From contig JAXGQX010000002.1 of NCBI GenBank assembly GCA_040766225.1, forward strand, positions 8,790-72,789: a stretch of DNA of 64,000 nt. The letters run 5' to 3'. The DNA is from Bacillota bacterium (lineage in GTDB: Bacteria; Bacillota; Sulfobacillia; Fermentithermobacillales; Fermentithermobacillaceae). Position 1 is the first letter of the stretch. Each line of letters starts with the position of its first letter. A model generated the notes under the pieces. That model was not told the origin of the DNA. It saw only the letters and a program-made list of their open reading frames with translations, and made no database searches. The position numbers and the translations under genes were made by a program. Below, piece by piece: positions 20,429 through 31,369 of this stretch.

Positions 20429-21076
20429 ATGGCAAAGCAGATAGCCGTCATAGGGTTGGGGCGTTTCGGCCATAGCCTGGCCGTTACCCTGTCCAGGCTG
20501 AACGTTGAGGTCTTGGCTGCGGATATCGACGAGGACCGGGTGAAAGCGATCTCAACGAAGTCACTACCGCTGTGCAGGCCGACGCCACCGATATGTCTGT
20601 CCTCTGGAACTCGGTATGCGCAACTCGATGTGGTGGCTGTCGGGATGAGCGGATTTGAGGCCAGCCTCATGACAACACTCCACCTAAAGGAACTGGGAGT
20701 AAAGAAAAGTAGTCGTGAAGGTTCAGTGATGTCCACGGCAAGATCTTGAAGCAGTTAAATAGATACGGTGGTTTTCCCGGAAAAGACATGGGAGAGAGAG
20801 TCGGTTTTTCCTTGTTTCAGGGAGCGTCATCGACCACATTGAACTTGCCGACAACTACACAGTGGCAGAAATCGTCATTCCCAAACGAAGACAGTCACGC
20901 ACGCTTGAAACCTAAACCTCAGAAACCAGCAGCCTCGACCGTACGCCATCAAGCGAAACAACGCTGTGAACGTCTCATTCAGCTCCACGAGCTCCCCCCA
21001 AGAGGGTGACGTTCTTGTCGCTATCGGGGAAACCGAAGGGGTCCATAGGCTTAACGCCGCGTTTGAGAAGAGGTAG
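20429..21076 (+). CDS. ktrA: Ktr/Trk NAD-binding RCK subunit, frameshifted
   Basis: MAKQIAVIGLGRFGHSLAVTLSRLNVEVLAADIDEDRV (RCK_N). C-terminal VLVAIGETEGVHRLNAAFEKR (RCK_C) in another frame. Confidence 0.7.
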
Positions 21077-21081
21077 ATCTC

Positions 21082-21882
21082 GTGGTCGACGTCCCTTGGA
21101 GAATGGTCAAGAGCTCGTTCAATAAGAAGGAGCGGGAGCTTTCAGGGCTCACCGTGGCAGAGGGCCCTCCGTCGGTAATGGGGGCTCTTACATCTTTGGC
21201 CCGCATACAAGCCATCATCGTGACCGACGAGTTCGTATCGTCCCACAGGTGGGCCGGGTTTCAGGAGGCCTTAGCCAAACACCCGTCTCCCGGAGAGGCA
21301 TACACCGTTTCTTCCTCTTTGTACGAGAATATCGGCCAAAGTCCCGCAGGCATCCTTTGTGTATTGCCCTTCCCGTTTACTTTCCACGAACCGAAGAAGG
21401 GGTCTCCCTGGAAACGCAGGCTCCACGTGGTTGGAGTCGACATCCAGGACCCGGGGAACGTTGGCACGCTCACAAGGACGGCCGCGGCGGCCGGGGCTTC
21501 AGAAATGCTGTTTCTGGGCAACTCCGCGGACCCGTACTCGCCCAAGTGTATTCGCGCGTCGGCCGGAGAGGCTTTTGACGTGAACTTGAGAGCTGAGAGC
21601 GACCCGGTAGCGGCGGTATCGGCGCTGGTCAAGGAAGGTGTCACGGTATACGCGGCGGTACCTTCAGGCGGGGTGTATCCGTGGGAGGCCGACTTCTCCC
21701 GCGACTGCGGAGTATTGCTGGGAAATGAGGGGCAAGGACTGAGGCCCGAAATCATAGGGGCGATAGGCCAGGGACTTACCATACCCATGCCGGGCGGGAC
21801 CGAGTCCCTGAACGTCGCCGCAGCGTCAGCCATGATACTGTACGAAGTGGTAAGGCAGAGGTTGGAAACCCGCTTTCCTTGA
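21082..21882 (+). CDS. TrmH/SpoU-family RNA 2'-O-methyltransferase (B. subtilis YsgA/RlmB-like)
   Basis: SPOUT motifs VGVDIQDPGNVGTLTRTAAAAGA, LLGNEGQGL and SLNVAAASAMILYE; conserved position before pheS. Confidence 0.8.
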   Translation: MVDVPWRMVKSSFNKKERELSGLTVAEGPPSVMGALTSLARIQAIIVTDEFVSSHRWAGFQEALAKHPSPGEAYTVSSSLYENIGQSPAGILCVLPFPFTFHEPKKGSPWKRRLHVVGVDIQDPGNVGTLTRTAAAAGASEMLFLGNSADPYSPKCIRASAGEAFDVNLRAESDPVAAVSALVKEGVTVYAAVPSGGVYPWEADFSRDCGVLLGNEGQGLRPEIIGAIGQGLTIPMPGGTESLNVAAASAMILYEVVRQRLETRFP

Positions 21883-21894
21883 GCGTGCCGTCAG

Positions 21895-22335
21895 GCATGA
21901 TATAATACCTGAAAGGGAACCGAGGAAGCGGGGGGTAGCCAATGAAGCTTGCCAAAGCCTTCTGGTCTGTCTTTGAGAAGACCGGCTCAGTCTTGGCATA
22001 CCTGCTTTACCGTCACTACCTGAGCGCCTCCCACGTAAGCGATGTGGAGGCTTTTGAAGTCCAATAATACGGGTCTTATGAAAGTTTTGGGCAATGAAGG
22101 AGAACGTGGGCTGGGGGAAGCGGACAGAGAGGGGAAGAGGAGCTGGAAATTCCCTACGTGACAACCCGCCGGATTCGCTCTGGAGCCCCCGGGCTGAAAG
22201 TGTAGGCCAGGCGTGACCTTCGCGATAAGGGGGCCAAGGGGGCCGTATTCCGGCCAAGCCCGGTGGTACCGCGGAAGCGTGAGCTTTCGTCCTCATGGGA
22301 TGAAGGCTCGTTTTGTTTTTTAGAAGGAGGAGTGT
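21895..22335 (+). promoter_or_regulatory. T-box riboswitch leader of pheST
   Basis: T-box sequence CCGGTGGTACCGCGG at 22257-22274, followed by a hairpin and U-tract. Confidence 0.55.
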
Positions 22336-22341
22336 GTTCCC

Positions 22342-23376
22342 ATGGAAAGCACAGTGGACGTCTTGGCGAGGCAGGCGAGGGCTGAGGTCGACTCGGCAGG
22401 GAGCCTCGAGGCTCTGGAAGCTCTTCGCGTGAAGTACCTGGGCAAGAAAGGCGAGGTCACTTCGCTCCTAAAAGCCATCGGCTCCTTGTCGCCTGAAGAG
22501 CGCCCTAGCTTCGGCGCCAAAGTGAACTCTCTGCGGGTAGCGCTGGAAGAGGAGCTGGCAAGAAAGCAGGACGACATAAGGACGAGGGAGCTTACGGACA
22601 GGGTCCTCAAAGAGAAGGTAGATGTTACTTTGCCCGGGCTTAAGGCCGAGCCTGGTGGCCTTCACCCCTTGACCAAGGCTCTTCGCGAGATAACGTCCAT
22701 CTTTTACGGGATGGGGTTCACTGTCTATGAGAGCCGGGAGACAGAGACCGATGAAATGAACTTCGTCAAACTAAACCTCGCTCCCGGTCACCCTGCCAGG
22801 GACATGCAGGATACGTTCTACCTCACCGAGTCGACTTTGCTTCGAACCCACACTTCTCCGGGGCAGATTAGGGGGATGCTGGAACTGGAAGGCAAGTTGC
22901 CCGTGAGGTTCATCGTCCCGGGAAGGACTTACCGCAGAGACCCCGCGGACGCTTCCCACGCGCCTGTCTTCCACCAGGTAGAAGGCCTGGCCGTGGACAC
23001 CGACGTGACATTTCGGACACTTAGGGGTGTGTTTTCGTCTTTCGCCAGGAAGTTCTTCGGAGACTATACCGAGATCCGCATGAGGCCGAGCTTCTTCCCG
23101 TTTACCGAGCCTTCGGTCGAGATAGACGTCTCCTGCGTATTCTGCCGGGGCAAGGGTTGCTCCGTCTGTGGGCAGTCCGGGTGGCTGGAACTCTCGGGGG
23201 CCGGGATGGTCCACCCAAGGGTCATAAGGAACGGCGGGTACGACCCGTCCCAGGTTACGGGGTTCGCCTTCGGATTCGGTCTGGACCGCGCTGCCATGCT
23301 CAAGTACGGAATCGACGATCTTCGACTGCTTTTGCAGAACGACAAGAGGTTCCTGTCCCAGTGGCGAGGGCTGTAG
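22342..23376 (+). CDS. pheS: Phenylalanyl-tRNA synthetase alpha subunit
   Basis: AGGAGG ribosome-binding site; class II motifs FRTHTSPGQIR and GAGMVHP. Confidence 0.95.
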   Translation: MESTVDVLARQARAEVDSAGSLEALEALRVKYLGKKGEVTSLLKAIGSLSPEERPSFGAKVNSLRVALEEELARKQDDIRTRELTDRVLKEKVDVTLPGLKAEPGGLHPLTKALREITSIFYGMGFTVYESRETETDEMNFVKLNLAPGHPARDMQDTFYLTESTLLRTHTSPGQIRGMLELEGKLPVRFIVPGRTYRRDPADASHAPVFHQVEGLAVDTDVTFRTLRGVFSSFARKFFGDYTEIRMRPSFFPFTEPSVEIDVSCVFCRGKGCSVCGQSGWLELSGAGMVHPRVIRNGGYDPSQVTGFAFGFGLDRAAMLKYGIDDLRLLLQNDKRFLSQWRGL

Positions 23377-23441
23377 AGAATAGACCCGTAAGGAGGGAAA
23401 CGCCTTTCGCGGTCCTTCGGATTTGGCGGTAGGCGAAACAT

Positions 23442-25895
23442 ATGAACATAGTGTGGAACTGGCTTAAGGAATACGTGGAATTGCCTTGGGACCCTGAGGA
23501 GGCCGTCCGGCGCTTCACTATGGCCGGGTTGAAGGTCGAGAACTTGTCAAAGGAGACCCTGGACTTGGAGGGCGTAGTGTCCGCAAGGGTCCTGGACGTG
23601 GTGCCGCACCCTCAAAGAGCCGACCTAAGGGTGGGTACGCTCTACGACGGCAAAGACCGGTTTTCGGTGGTCAGCGGCGCTCCGGGGCTTCAGAAAGGCA
23701 ACACCGTGCTTTTGGCTGTGCCGGGAGCCCATATTCCCGGGCAAAAGCCCCTCGGTGCCATGGAAGTGGGAGGGGTCTTGTCCCAGGGTATGGTGGTATG
23801 CTCCAACGAGATTTTGGCCGGCGAACCTCACAGGCCGGGCGAGGACATCATTATCCTGGCCGAAGGGACCCCGCTCGGAAAGACTGCCCAAGAGTTGTTG
23901 GGCCTAGATGATTACGTGATTGAACTGGAACTGACGGTCAACTACTCACACTGTCTTTCGGTGTTGGGGGTCGCCATCGAGGCCTCGGCCTTGTCCGGCG
24001 TCCCGCTGAGGCTTCCCCCGTCTTTGGAGAAGTGGGGATGGGCGTCTACCGAAGGGAGCAGGCCGCCCAAGGGCGCCCGGCCATATCCGGGGCCCATCCG
24101 GATCGACTTGCCTGACAAGGACTTGTGTCCACGATACGCCGGAAAGGTCGTGGAAGGCGTCAGGTTTGCCTACTCGCCTGCCGTAATCGAAAGGCGTCTG
24201 CAATTGGCCGGTATGCGGCCCCTAAGCGCCATCGTTGACGCCACAAACTACGTCATGCTGGAGACCGGACAGCCACTCCACGCGTTCGACTTGGATAAAC
24301 TTGAGGGCAACGTCATAAGCGCAAGGCGGTCTCGGCCCGGAGAGTCCATCGTGACATTGGATGGCGAGACCCGTTCATTGGCCGAGGGTACTCTGGTCAT
24401 CGCGGACGCCCGCGGTCCCGTCGCGGTGGCCGGCGTCATGGGCAACCGAGACACGGAGGTGTCCGAATCTACCGAGAGGATCCTCATAGAGTCCGCCTAT
24501 TTCGCACCTTTGCCCGTGCGCAGGACGTACCGCAGCTTGAAACTTCGGACAGAGGCGGCCATCCGTTTTGAAAAGGGCATCGATCCAACCGCTCAAGGCG
24601 CCGTCGCCGAGCGCGCCGCCGAACTGATACTGAAGAATGCGGGCGGGGTGCCGGTGGATGGACTGGCGGAAACTGACCTTATCGAACACACCGTGAAGCG
24701 ATTAACGTTCCCGCTCAATGAAGTCAAGCGGACCTTAGGGGTAGAAGTGTCCTACGAGGAATGCAGGAGGCTCCTTTCGGGTTTGCGTTTCGGTGTGGAA
24801 AGCGCTCCCGGTTCAGAACCGGAAAAGGTCCTGGAGGTTACGGTGCCGCCCAGGCGCGTAGACATTGAGGAAGAGATTGACCTGACGGAGGAAATAGCCA
24901 GGTCTTACGGGGTCAACTACTTTGAACCCCAGGACTTGACCAGTGCGGTCCCCGGTGGTCCTCGAAACGAGGACTCGGTCCGCATGGAAAGGCTTCGCGA
25001 CGTGTTGGTCGCGTTGGGCGGGTTGGAAGCGATAACTACTTCGTTCTTGGCGCCGTCCGACTTGTCCGATATGGGATGGGAAGGGGACGACCCCAGGGCC
25101 AACCCGGTGATGCTCCTAAATCCCCTCACATCCAACGAGTCGTGCCTTAGAACCGGCCTTCTGCCGGGCCTACTGAAGGTGGCGGCCAATAATCAGAAGG
25201 CGAAGAACCCGGGAGGGCTTTTCTGGGAGATAGGCAGGGCGTTCTTCCGCTCCAAAGAAGAGTTGCCTTTGGAGATGACCCAGTTGGCGCTCATGTCGTA
25301 CGGGGCCTTGGAGCCCAAGACATGGGCAGGAGAGCGGCGTGACGCGGGGTTCTTCCATATGAAGGGCGTCTTGGAGCAACTCCTGTCCCTGATGGGGGTT
25401 CCCGAGGCTTCGTACCTGCCCGACGCGGGGCTGCCTTTCCATCCCGGCAAGTCCGCGCGGGTGGTCGTGCAGGGCTCCGCTGTTGGCGCCATAGGCGAAA
25501 TCCATCCGGTCGTTCAAGATAGACTCGACCTTTCGACCCCGGTGGTCATGGCGTACCTGTCCCTTGACGCGCTCTCTGTCTTCTATCGTCCCAAGCGGTA
25601 CGAGGAAGTCTCCAAGTTCATGCCCGTGGAGAGGGATATAGCGGTAGTGGTTAACGAGGAAACCCCCGCGGGCGACGTTTTGAGGCTGGTCAAGGACGTA
25701 GCCAAGGACTTGGTGTCTATCGAACTGTTCGACGTGTGGAGGAAGCCGCCGGTCCCGGAAGGAAGTAAGAGCCTTGCGCTTCGTTTGGTGTATCAAGCAT
25801 ACGACCGTACGCTTACCGAAGAGGAGCTTGCCCTGGACAGGAAGCGAATTCTGGACGCTTTGGGGGCCAAGTACGGAGCGCAACAAAGGCTCTAG
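23442..25895 (+). CDS. pheT: Phenylalanyl-tRNA synthetase beta subunit
   Basis: 817 aa with tRNA-binding, B3/B4, B5 and FDX-ACB-like regions. Confidence 0.95.
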   Translation: MNIVWNWLKEYVELPWDPEEAVRRFTMAGLKVENLSKETLDLEGVVSARVLDVVPHPQRADLRVGTLYDGKDRFSVVSGAPGLQKGNTVLLAVPGAHIPGQKPLGAMEVGGVLSQGMVVCSNEILAGEPHRPGEDIIILAEGTPLGKTAQELLGLDDYVIELELTVNYSHCLSVLGVAIEASALSGVPLRLPPSLEKWGWASTEGSRPPKGARPYPGPIRIDLPDKDLCPRYAGKVVEGVRFAYSPAVIERRLQLAGMRPLSAIVDATNYVMLETGQPLHAFDLDKLEGNVISARRSRPGESIVTLDGETRSLAEGTLVIADARGPVAVAGVMGNRDTEVSESTERILIESAYFAPLPVRRTYRSLKLRTEAAIRFEKGIDPTAQGAVAERAAELILKNAGGVPVDGLAETDLIEHTVKRLTFPLNEVKRTLGVEVSYEECRRLLSGLRFGVESAPGSEPEKVLEVTVPPRRVDIEEEIDLTEEIARSYGVNYFEPQDLTSAVPGGPRNEDSVRMERLRDVLVALGGLEAITTSFLAPSDLSDMGWEGDDPRANPVMLLNPLTSNESCLRTGLLPGLLKVAANNQKAKNPGGLFWEIGRAFFRSKEELPLEMTQLALMSYGALEPKTWAGERRDAGFFHMKGVLEQLLSLMGVPEASYLPDAGLPFHPGKSARVVVQGSAVGAIGEIHPVVQDRLDLSTPVVMAYLSLDALSVFYRPKRYEEVSKFMPVERDIAVVVNEETPAGDVLRLVKDVAKDLVSIELFDVWRKPPVPEGSKSLALRLVYQAYDRTLTEEELALDRKRILDALGAKYGAQQRL

Positions 25896-25913
25896 AGAAG
25901 GACCGGTGGGGCT

Positions 25914-27632
25914 ATGAACAAGCGGGAAGTTGCGCACCTTCTGAAGACTATCGGGGCTCTCCTTGAGGTCAAGGGCGAGGACTCGTTCAAGGTGCGCTCC
26001 TATAGTCGCGCCGCTGAAAGCATCGAGTACGGTGACTATGACCTGGACCGGCTAGCGGGTGAAGGTCGTCTCACGGACATCCCGGGAATCGGCAAGAACC
26101 TGGAACCCAAAATCCGCGAGATGATCCTCACCGGCTCCTCATCGTACCTTGAGAAACTGGTCATGGAGATTCCCCAGGGCGTGGTCGACCTTCTGCGGGT
26201 CCCTGGCATAGGCCCCAAGACCGCTAGGCTCCTGTACAACACGTTGGGAGTCGCCGGCCTGGATGACTTGGACGTGGCGCTTCGGGCCCACAAGATACAG
26301 GGTCTTCCCGGGATGGGCAGGAAGCGCGAAGAACTCATGCAGGAAGGCCTGGCCGAAATACGGCGGTACGCCGGTAGGGTCAGCATCGGGATGGCGTTCC
26401 CGGTGGTGGAAGGCGTAATCGATTCCCTGGGCAGGCATGGGATCACCGCGTTGCCGGTGGGAGAGGTCCGATGCGCGGAGGAGACCGCTTCCGGGCTGGA
26501 CGTTCTCTTGCTCCAAGGCCCGGACGAAAGCCCAGAGGACCTCGTAAGGCGTTCCCGCCTCTTGCCCCAGGTCGAGGATTCTGTTCTGCAGCAGGCCTGG
26601 GACGACGCCCACGGAAGATACTCCTTCGGGACAGGATTGGGTGTGCCGCTTAGGCTCTATTTCGAGGGCAGTTCGTCCTTTTGGGCAAGAGCCTTGCACC
26701 TCACAGGTCCGCGGCGGTTCGTCGAGTTTTTCTCCGAGATAGCCAAGAGCAAGGGCCTATCCTTTACGGAGGCCGGGCTTTTCAAAGACGGGGAGCCGGT
26801 GGAAGCGCCCGACGAGGAATCCCTGTTCAGGCAGGTTTGTCTTTCCCCGATCCCCCCGGAAGTTCGTCATAGGAAGGAGTTCTTGGAGAACTCTCTCGCG
26901 GGCTCCGTCCCCTCCCTGGTAGAACCCGAAGACCTTAAGGGCGACATCCACCTTCACACGGTGTGGTCCGACGGCGTCGCCGGAATAGAGGAAATGGTCC
27001 AGGCGGCCATCGGCGTCGGGTACTCCTATATCGCCATAACCGACCACGCCACGGACATGAAGATGATCCGCGGGATAACTAGGGAGCGCTTGGATGAGCA
27101 GCTCCAGGAAATCGAGCGGTTACAGGCGAAGTACCCGGATTTCCGCTTGTACTCGGGGGTCGAGGTCGACATCCTGAAAGACGGGAGGCTATACCTCCCC
27201 GACGAAGACCTCGCCAGACTGGACGTAGTGGTAGCATCGATCCACCATGACCTGGACTCCAAGGGCGAGGGCGTGAGACGCCTCATCAAAGCTGCCATGA
27301 ACCCGCATGTGGACATTCTCGGTCATCCCACCGGACGTCTCATCGGACGAAGGCCCGGCATCGGCACAGGCCTGGAGGACGTGCTGGACGTCGCCGGAAG
27401 GACGAACACGGCCGTCGAGATAAACGCTTCGCCTGACCGGCTGGACCTGCCGGAAGACCTGGTCGCCTTGGGTTACCGAAAGGGCGTCCGGTTTGCGGTC
27501 TGCAGCGATTCCCACAGCCCGGGAGGGCTCGGAAGCGTACGATACGGGCTACTGACCTGCGCCAAGAGAGCGGGCACCCCGCCGGAACACGTGGTCAACA
27601 CCCTGGCGGCCTTGCCCTGGGCGTCCCGTTAA
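25914..27632 (+). CDS. polX: DNA polymerase X family protein with C-terminal PHP domain
   Basis: HhH motifs and PHP-domain His/Asp clusters (HLHTVWSDG..., ITDHA). Confidence 0.9.
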   Translation: MNKREVAHLLKTIGALLEVKGEDSFKVRSYSRAAESIEYGDYDLDRLAGEGRLTDIPGIGKNLEPKIREMILTGSSSYLEKLVMEIPQGVVDLLRVPGIGPKTARLLYNTLGVAGLDDLDVALRAHKIQGLPGMGRKREELMQEGLAEIRRYAGRVSIGMAFPVVEGVIDSLGRHGITALPVGEVRCAEETASGLDVLLLQGPDESPEDLVRRSRLLPQVEDSVLQQAWDDAHGRYSFGTGLGVPLRLYFEGSSSFWARALHLTGPRRFVEFFSEIAKSKGLSFTEAGLFKDGEPVEAPDEESLFRQVCLSPIPPEVRHRKEFLENSLAGSVPSLVEPEDLKGDIHLHTVWSDGVAGIEEMVQAAIGVGYSYIAITDHATDMKMIRGITRERLDEQLQEIERLQAKYPDFRLYSGVEVDILKDGRLYLPDEDLARLDVVVASIHHDLDSKGEGVRRLIKAAMNPHVDILGHPTGRLIGRRPGIGTGLEDVLDVAGRTNTAVEINASPDRLDLPEDLVALGYRKGVRFAVCSDSHSPGGLGSVRYGLLTCAKRAGTPPEHVVNTLAALPWASR

Positions 27633-27697
27633 GTCGTCATAAAGCGCTTTTCCTTTTCATAATCTACCAACGTGATTATGGACTAGGGTGAGGTGCT

Positions 27698-28639
27698 GTG
27701 CTCTTGCGCGGGAAGCGGCCTTTCCTCCTGATCCTAGCTATCGCTCTCACGCTGGCTTCCTTTGCCGCGTCGTCCAAAACACCTGCCTTCTTAAAGACAC
27801 ATGAGACAGACGAACCCCTGATGCCGGCCGATCCTCCCGTTACCCGCCCTGATGTCCTGGAGCTTAAGATTCGCCTGGTTGAACTGGGCATATATGACGG
27901 TCCCATGGACGAGACCTACGAGGCCGCGGCGCAAGAAGCGGTGAAGAAGTTTCAGAAGGGGTTTTGGCTAGAGCCTACCGGAGTGGTTGACTTGGCTACA
28001 TGGCGGGCCCTAGGTTACGGAGTGCCTAGACCGGTTAAGACCGTTTCCGGTCCGCCGCCGGACGGCTTTGTGACTTTGGAAATCGATATGGACAGGTTAC
28101 AGATGACCGTTTTGATAGACGGAAACGAGTGGAAGAGCTACACGGTGGCCGGAGGCAAGTGGGTGTCGCTCACTCCCGTGGGAGAGTGGAAAATCGTCGA
28201 GAAGGGATACGAGCGCGGAGGAGCTTTCGGAAGCCGGTGGATGGCGCTGGACGTGCCGTGGGGTTCTTACGGGATCCACGGTACCAACCGTCCCTGGTCA
28301 ATAGGGTCCTATGCCTCGGCGGGCTGCGTGAGGATGTTCAACGAGGATGTGGAAGAGCTCTATGAAATCGTCCAAATCGGGACCCCGGTCACTATTCGCG
28401 GACCGAGGCCGGCGCTCAACTTCTCCAGACCCATGGAGAGGGGAGCCATGGGATCCGAAATCGTGCTGCTTCAGGAGCGCCTAAGAGCTTTTGGCTTCGA
28501 CCCTGGCCAGTGTGACGGCCAATTCGGTGGAAGAACCGAGACCAACGTGCAAGACATAAACGCGGTGTTCGGGGTAGGAGGGGGCCGAGCGGCAACCTTG
28601 GACCTGTACACCTTGCTTGGGATAAGGGGTAGATACTGA
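27698..28639 (+). CDS. Secreted L,D-transpeptidase (YkuD domain) flanked by peptidoglycan-binding domains
   Basis: Signal peptide; catalytic YGIHGTNRPWSIGSYASAGCVRM; PG_binding-like repeats at both ends. Confidence 0.85.
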   Translation: MLLRGKRPFLLILAIALTLASFAASSKTPAFLKTHETDEPLMPADPPVTRPDVLELKIRLVELGIYDGPMDETYEAAAQEAVKKFQKGFWLEPTGVVDLATWRALGYGVPRPVKTVSGPPPDGFVTLEIDMDRLQMTVLIDGNEWKSYTVAGGKWVSLTPVGEWKIVEKGYERGGAFGSRWMALDVPWGSYGIHGTNRPWSIGSYASAGCVRMFNEDVEELYEIVQIGTPVTIRGPRPALNFSRPMERGAMGSEIVLLQERLRAFGFDPGQCDGQFGGRTETNVQDINAVFGVGGGRAATLDLYTLLGIRGRY

Positions 28640-29858
28640 TGTCGGGACGGTACTTGCGTTCCATCGCCATCCTCGCACTGATTTGCCTCTTTGCGGGCGT
28701 TTGTTCAGCATGCCGGCACGGCGAGGGAGAGCCCGAACCTCTGAGCATACGCGGCGAGAAAATCGTGGTATGGGACGCGGTGGAGCCCAGTTTCCCCGAC
28801 TCCCCGTCCTACCAGGCATCGGTTACGGCCATAGTCGAGGCTTTTGAGCAGGAGCGGGGCGTGAAAGTGGACCTTCATTTCGTGAGCAGGCACGAGATCG
28901 ACCAGTACTTGGCGGACGGGAAAGTCGAGTCGGGAGAAGCCCCGTGCTTGATCCACTCCACAGAATGGCCCACTCTGCATGAAAAGTACCGAGACGTGGC
29001 TTTGGAAGCCGACCCGGACGGCTTTCTGGATGCCGCGACCCATTATTGGAGTCGCGATGGAAGACTGTACGGCATCCCCGCGTACATCCACTGGTTCGGA
29101 ACCGCCGTGGAATCGTCGTTGGTCCCGGGAGAGTTGGCCGATGTCGTGGCCGACGGGACGTGGGTCGCGGAAATTGCCGGGAAAACTGGCTATGGCACGA
29201 CTCCCAGGCGTTTCTGCCCTCCGCCTTGGACTGGGATGAGGCGGGATGGACCCCGGAAAACACAGTTGCATACTTGAAATGGGTGAAGGAGCGGTACGGC
29301 GACCCGTTGGAGGACCCGCTGGCTGCGTGGCAGGATGGCGTGGTCTCGGCTCTGTCACCGGTGACCCCGCACCTGTTTCGGTGGCTAAACTCGGCCGGCG
29401 GCGCGAAGATGAGGTTCCTGCCGGTCCCGCGGCCAGAAGTCTGGAGAGCCGACGGCGAGACCACCGGGCTGGAATGCGCCTTGTCGCAGTTCTTCTACAC
29501 CGTGCCCGGCTACGGTGTCTTGGGAGAAAGCCCTGCGCAGCAAAGATGCGCATCTCTATTGGGGCAGCTATTGGCAGAAAACCTCGGGCGGTGGGCGGCG
29601 CGGGTCTTAGGCTGCGTCCCGGCCAGCATACAGGACATATCCATATATCACCTCGAAAGCGGTTGGAGCTACTCGGAGAGGATGGCTTTCCTAGAGCAGC
29701 TGGAGGCCTGCTCCTTGGTTGCTCCGACACAAGAGGAATCGCTCATGCGGATGAAGGTGTCCCAGGTTTGCCGGGATTCGCTGAGCGGATTCTTCAGAGG
29801 CGACGTTTCTGAGCAAGAGCTCATGAGCAAAATCCGCGATATCCTGACTTCCGACTAA
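28639..29858 (+). CDS. Secreted/lipoprotein of about 406 aa, possibly solute-binding-protein-like; one homopolymer frameshift near 29190
   Basis: Signal peptide LALICLFAGVCSAC. ORFs 28639-29277 and 29046-29858 join across gggaaaactgg (AEIAGK to NWLWHDSQ). Confidence 0.55.
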
Positions 29859-30104
29859 CACCCCTTCCCTCTGGCAACCGGAACGATGCTAACCAATGTA
29901 TCGAATTAGACCCTTGGCGGTGGCCCTGTGGGTCTTTTGGTACACTGCGTCCGGCCAATGTACCGAACACGCGCTTGCTGCTCGCTTACGCTCCATCCTA
30001 CATAGGCATACTAAAACGTAACGCCTTTCTTTGGCGGGTCGACGTAGGTAAGCCTAGGTCGGCGGTGGGTAGGACAAAGTAGCAGCCATCGGAGGTCTCA
30101 GATC

Positions 30105-30735
30105 TTGGAGTGGTTTCTCGAGCTTTGGCCGGAAATTGTTATCATGACCTGGAGATCCGTAGTAATGTTTTTCCTCACGCTTGCCGCTGTACGGATTATG
30201 GGCAAGCGATCGATAGCCCAGCTTGCTCCCTTCGACCTGGTGGTGATCATCATAATAGGTTCCGCCGCGGCGCTGCCGTTGGAGGAGCAGGAAATCCATC
30301 AATCCACGGCGTCGTGCCGGTGATAGTCCTGTCCATGCTCCAATACTTGTTAGCCGTCATAAACATGCACTTTAGAACGGTCGAGAAGGTCACCCAGGGG
30401 ATGTCCACGCCGTTAGTGGTAAACGGACAGGTGCAGAAAGAGAATCTGAAGAAGGAGAAGGTTTCGGACGCGGACCTCACGTCCTTTTGAGACAGGCGGG
30501 AGCGGATAAAGTGGGGGATATTGCCCTGGCGGTGCTGGAACCGACCGGTCAAGTATCTATCATCAAGAAGCGGGAAGCGCAGCCATTGACGCTAAAGGAC
30601 GTTGAGCTCTCGACTATTCGAAGGATCGACGCACTTCAGGGTGAAGTCCGTTCCAGGCGAAAGACGCGCTATCGGGCAGTGCTGGACTCCTTGCCGGAGA
30701 GGTTTTCGCCTGGGAAAAGGCGAAACATGGTGTGA
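30105..30735 (+). CDS. DUF421 (YetF-like) membrane protein, frameshifted
   Basis: FFLTLAAVRIMGKRSIAQLAPFDLVVIIIIGSAAA. C-terminal AGADKVGDIALAVLEPTGQVSIIKK in another frame. Confidence 0.6.
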
Positions 30736-30786
30736 AACGCCGGACTCGCACCGGGATTCGGCCAGAACGCCAAACTTACACCGGAC

Positions 30787-31369
30787 TTGGGAGGAATCTT
30801 TGTGAGGAGCGATTACCTGGAGAGAGGCCTGGACTTCGACGCCTACTTGGCAGAGGCCGATATGAACGTGCCTACCATGAAGAGAACTACAAGGATACCG
30901 AGATTGCGCTCGAGGATGACGCGTACTTCCGGGCCCTTAGCGAGCGTCTTCCCGGTGGGACAATCTCCATCTTTGGTTTTAGCGAATCTTGGTGCGGCGA
31001 TTGCGTGGAGAACCTCCCGGTAGTCGCCAAGATGGCTTTCCTGTACCCGGTTTTTCGCCTCTATCTCTTCCCACGGGATGCTAACCTGGATATCATGGAC
31101 GAGTGCGTGGGGAGGGTTCTGGGACTATCCCGGTATTCGTCTTCTACGACGAAAGCGGTCAGGAGATCGGCAGATTCGTGGAGCGCCCTGCGGGAGCCCA
31201 CGCTTTTATGGCCAAAGCCAGGCAGGAGCTGGCGCACTTGAGCCCTGAAGAGCAAAAGCGCGGCATGTACAGGGCAAGGACGGAACTGCGGAAGCTATAC
31301 AGAGAAGGACTTCGAAACGAAACCGTATCAGAGATCCGGAGGATTATCGAGAAGAGATATGGACCATAA
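30787..31369 (+). CDS. Thioredoxin-fold protein (WCGDC), 2 frameshifts
   Basis: ISIFGFSESWCGDCVENLPVVAKMAFLYP; RIPVFVFYDESGQEIGRFVERPA in the next frame. Confidence 0.5.

Noticed and set aside
30054-31369. Cluster of short ORFs read as several small genes
   Set aside because: They assemble into two known families once frames are joined: a DUF421/YetF membrane protein and a thioredoxin-fold protein.
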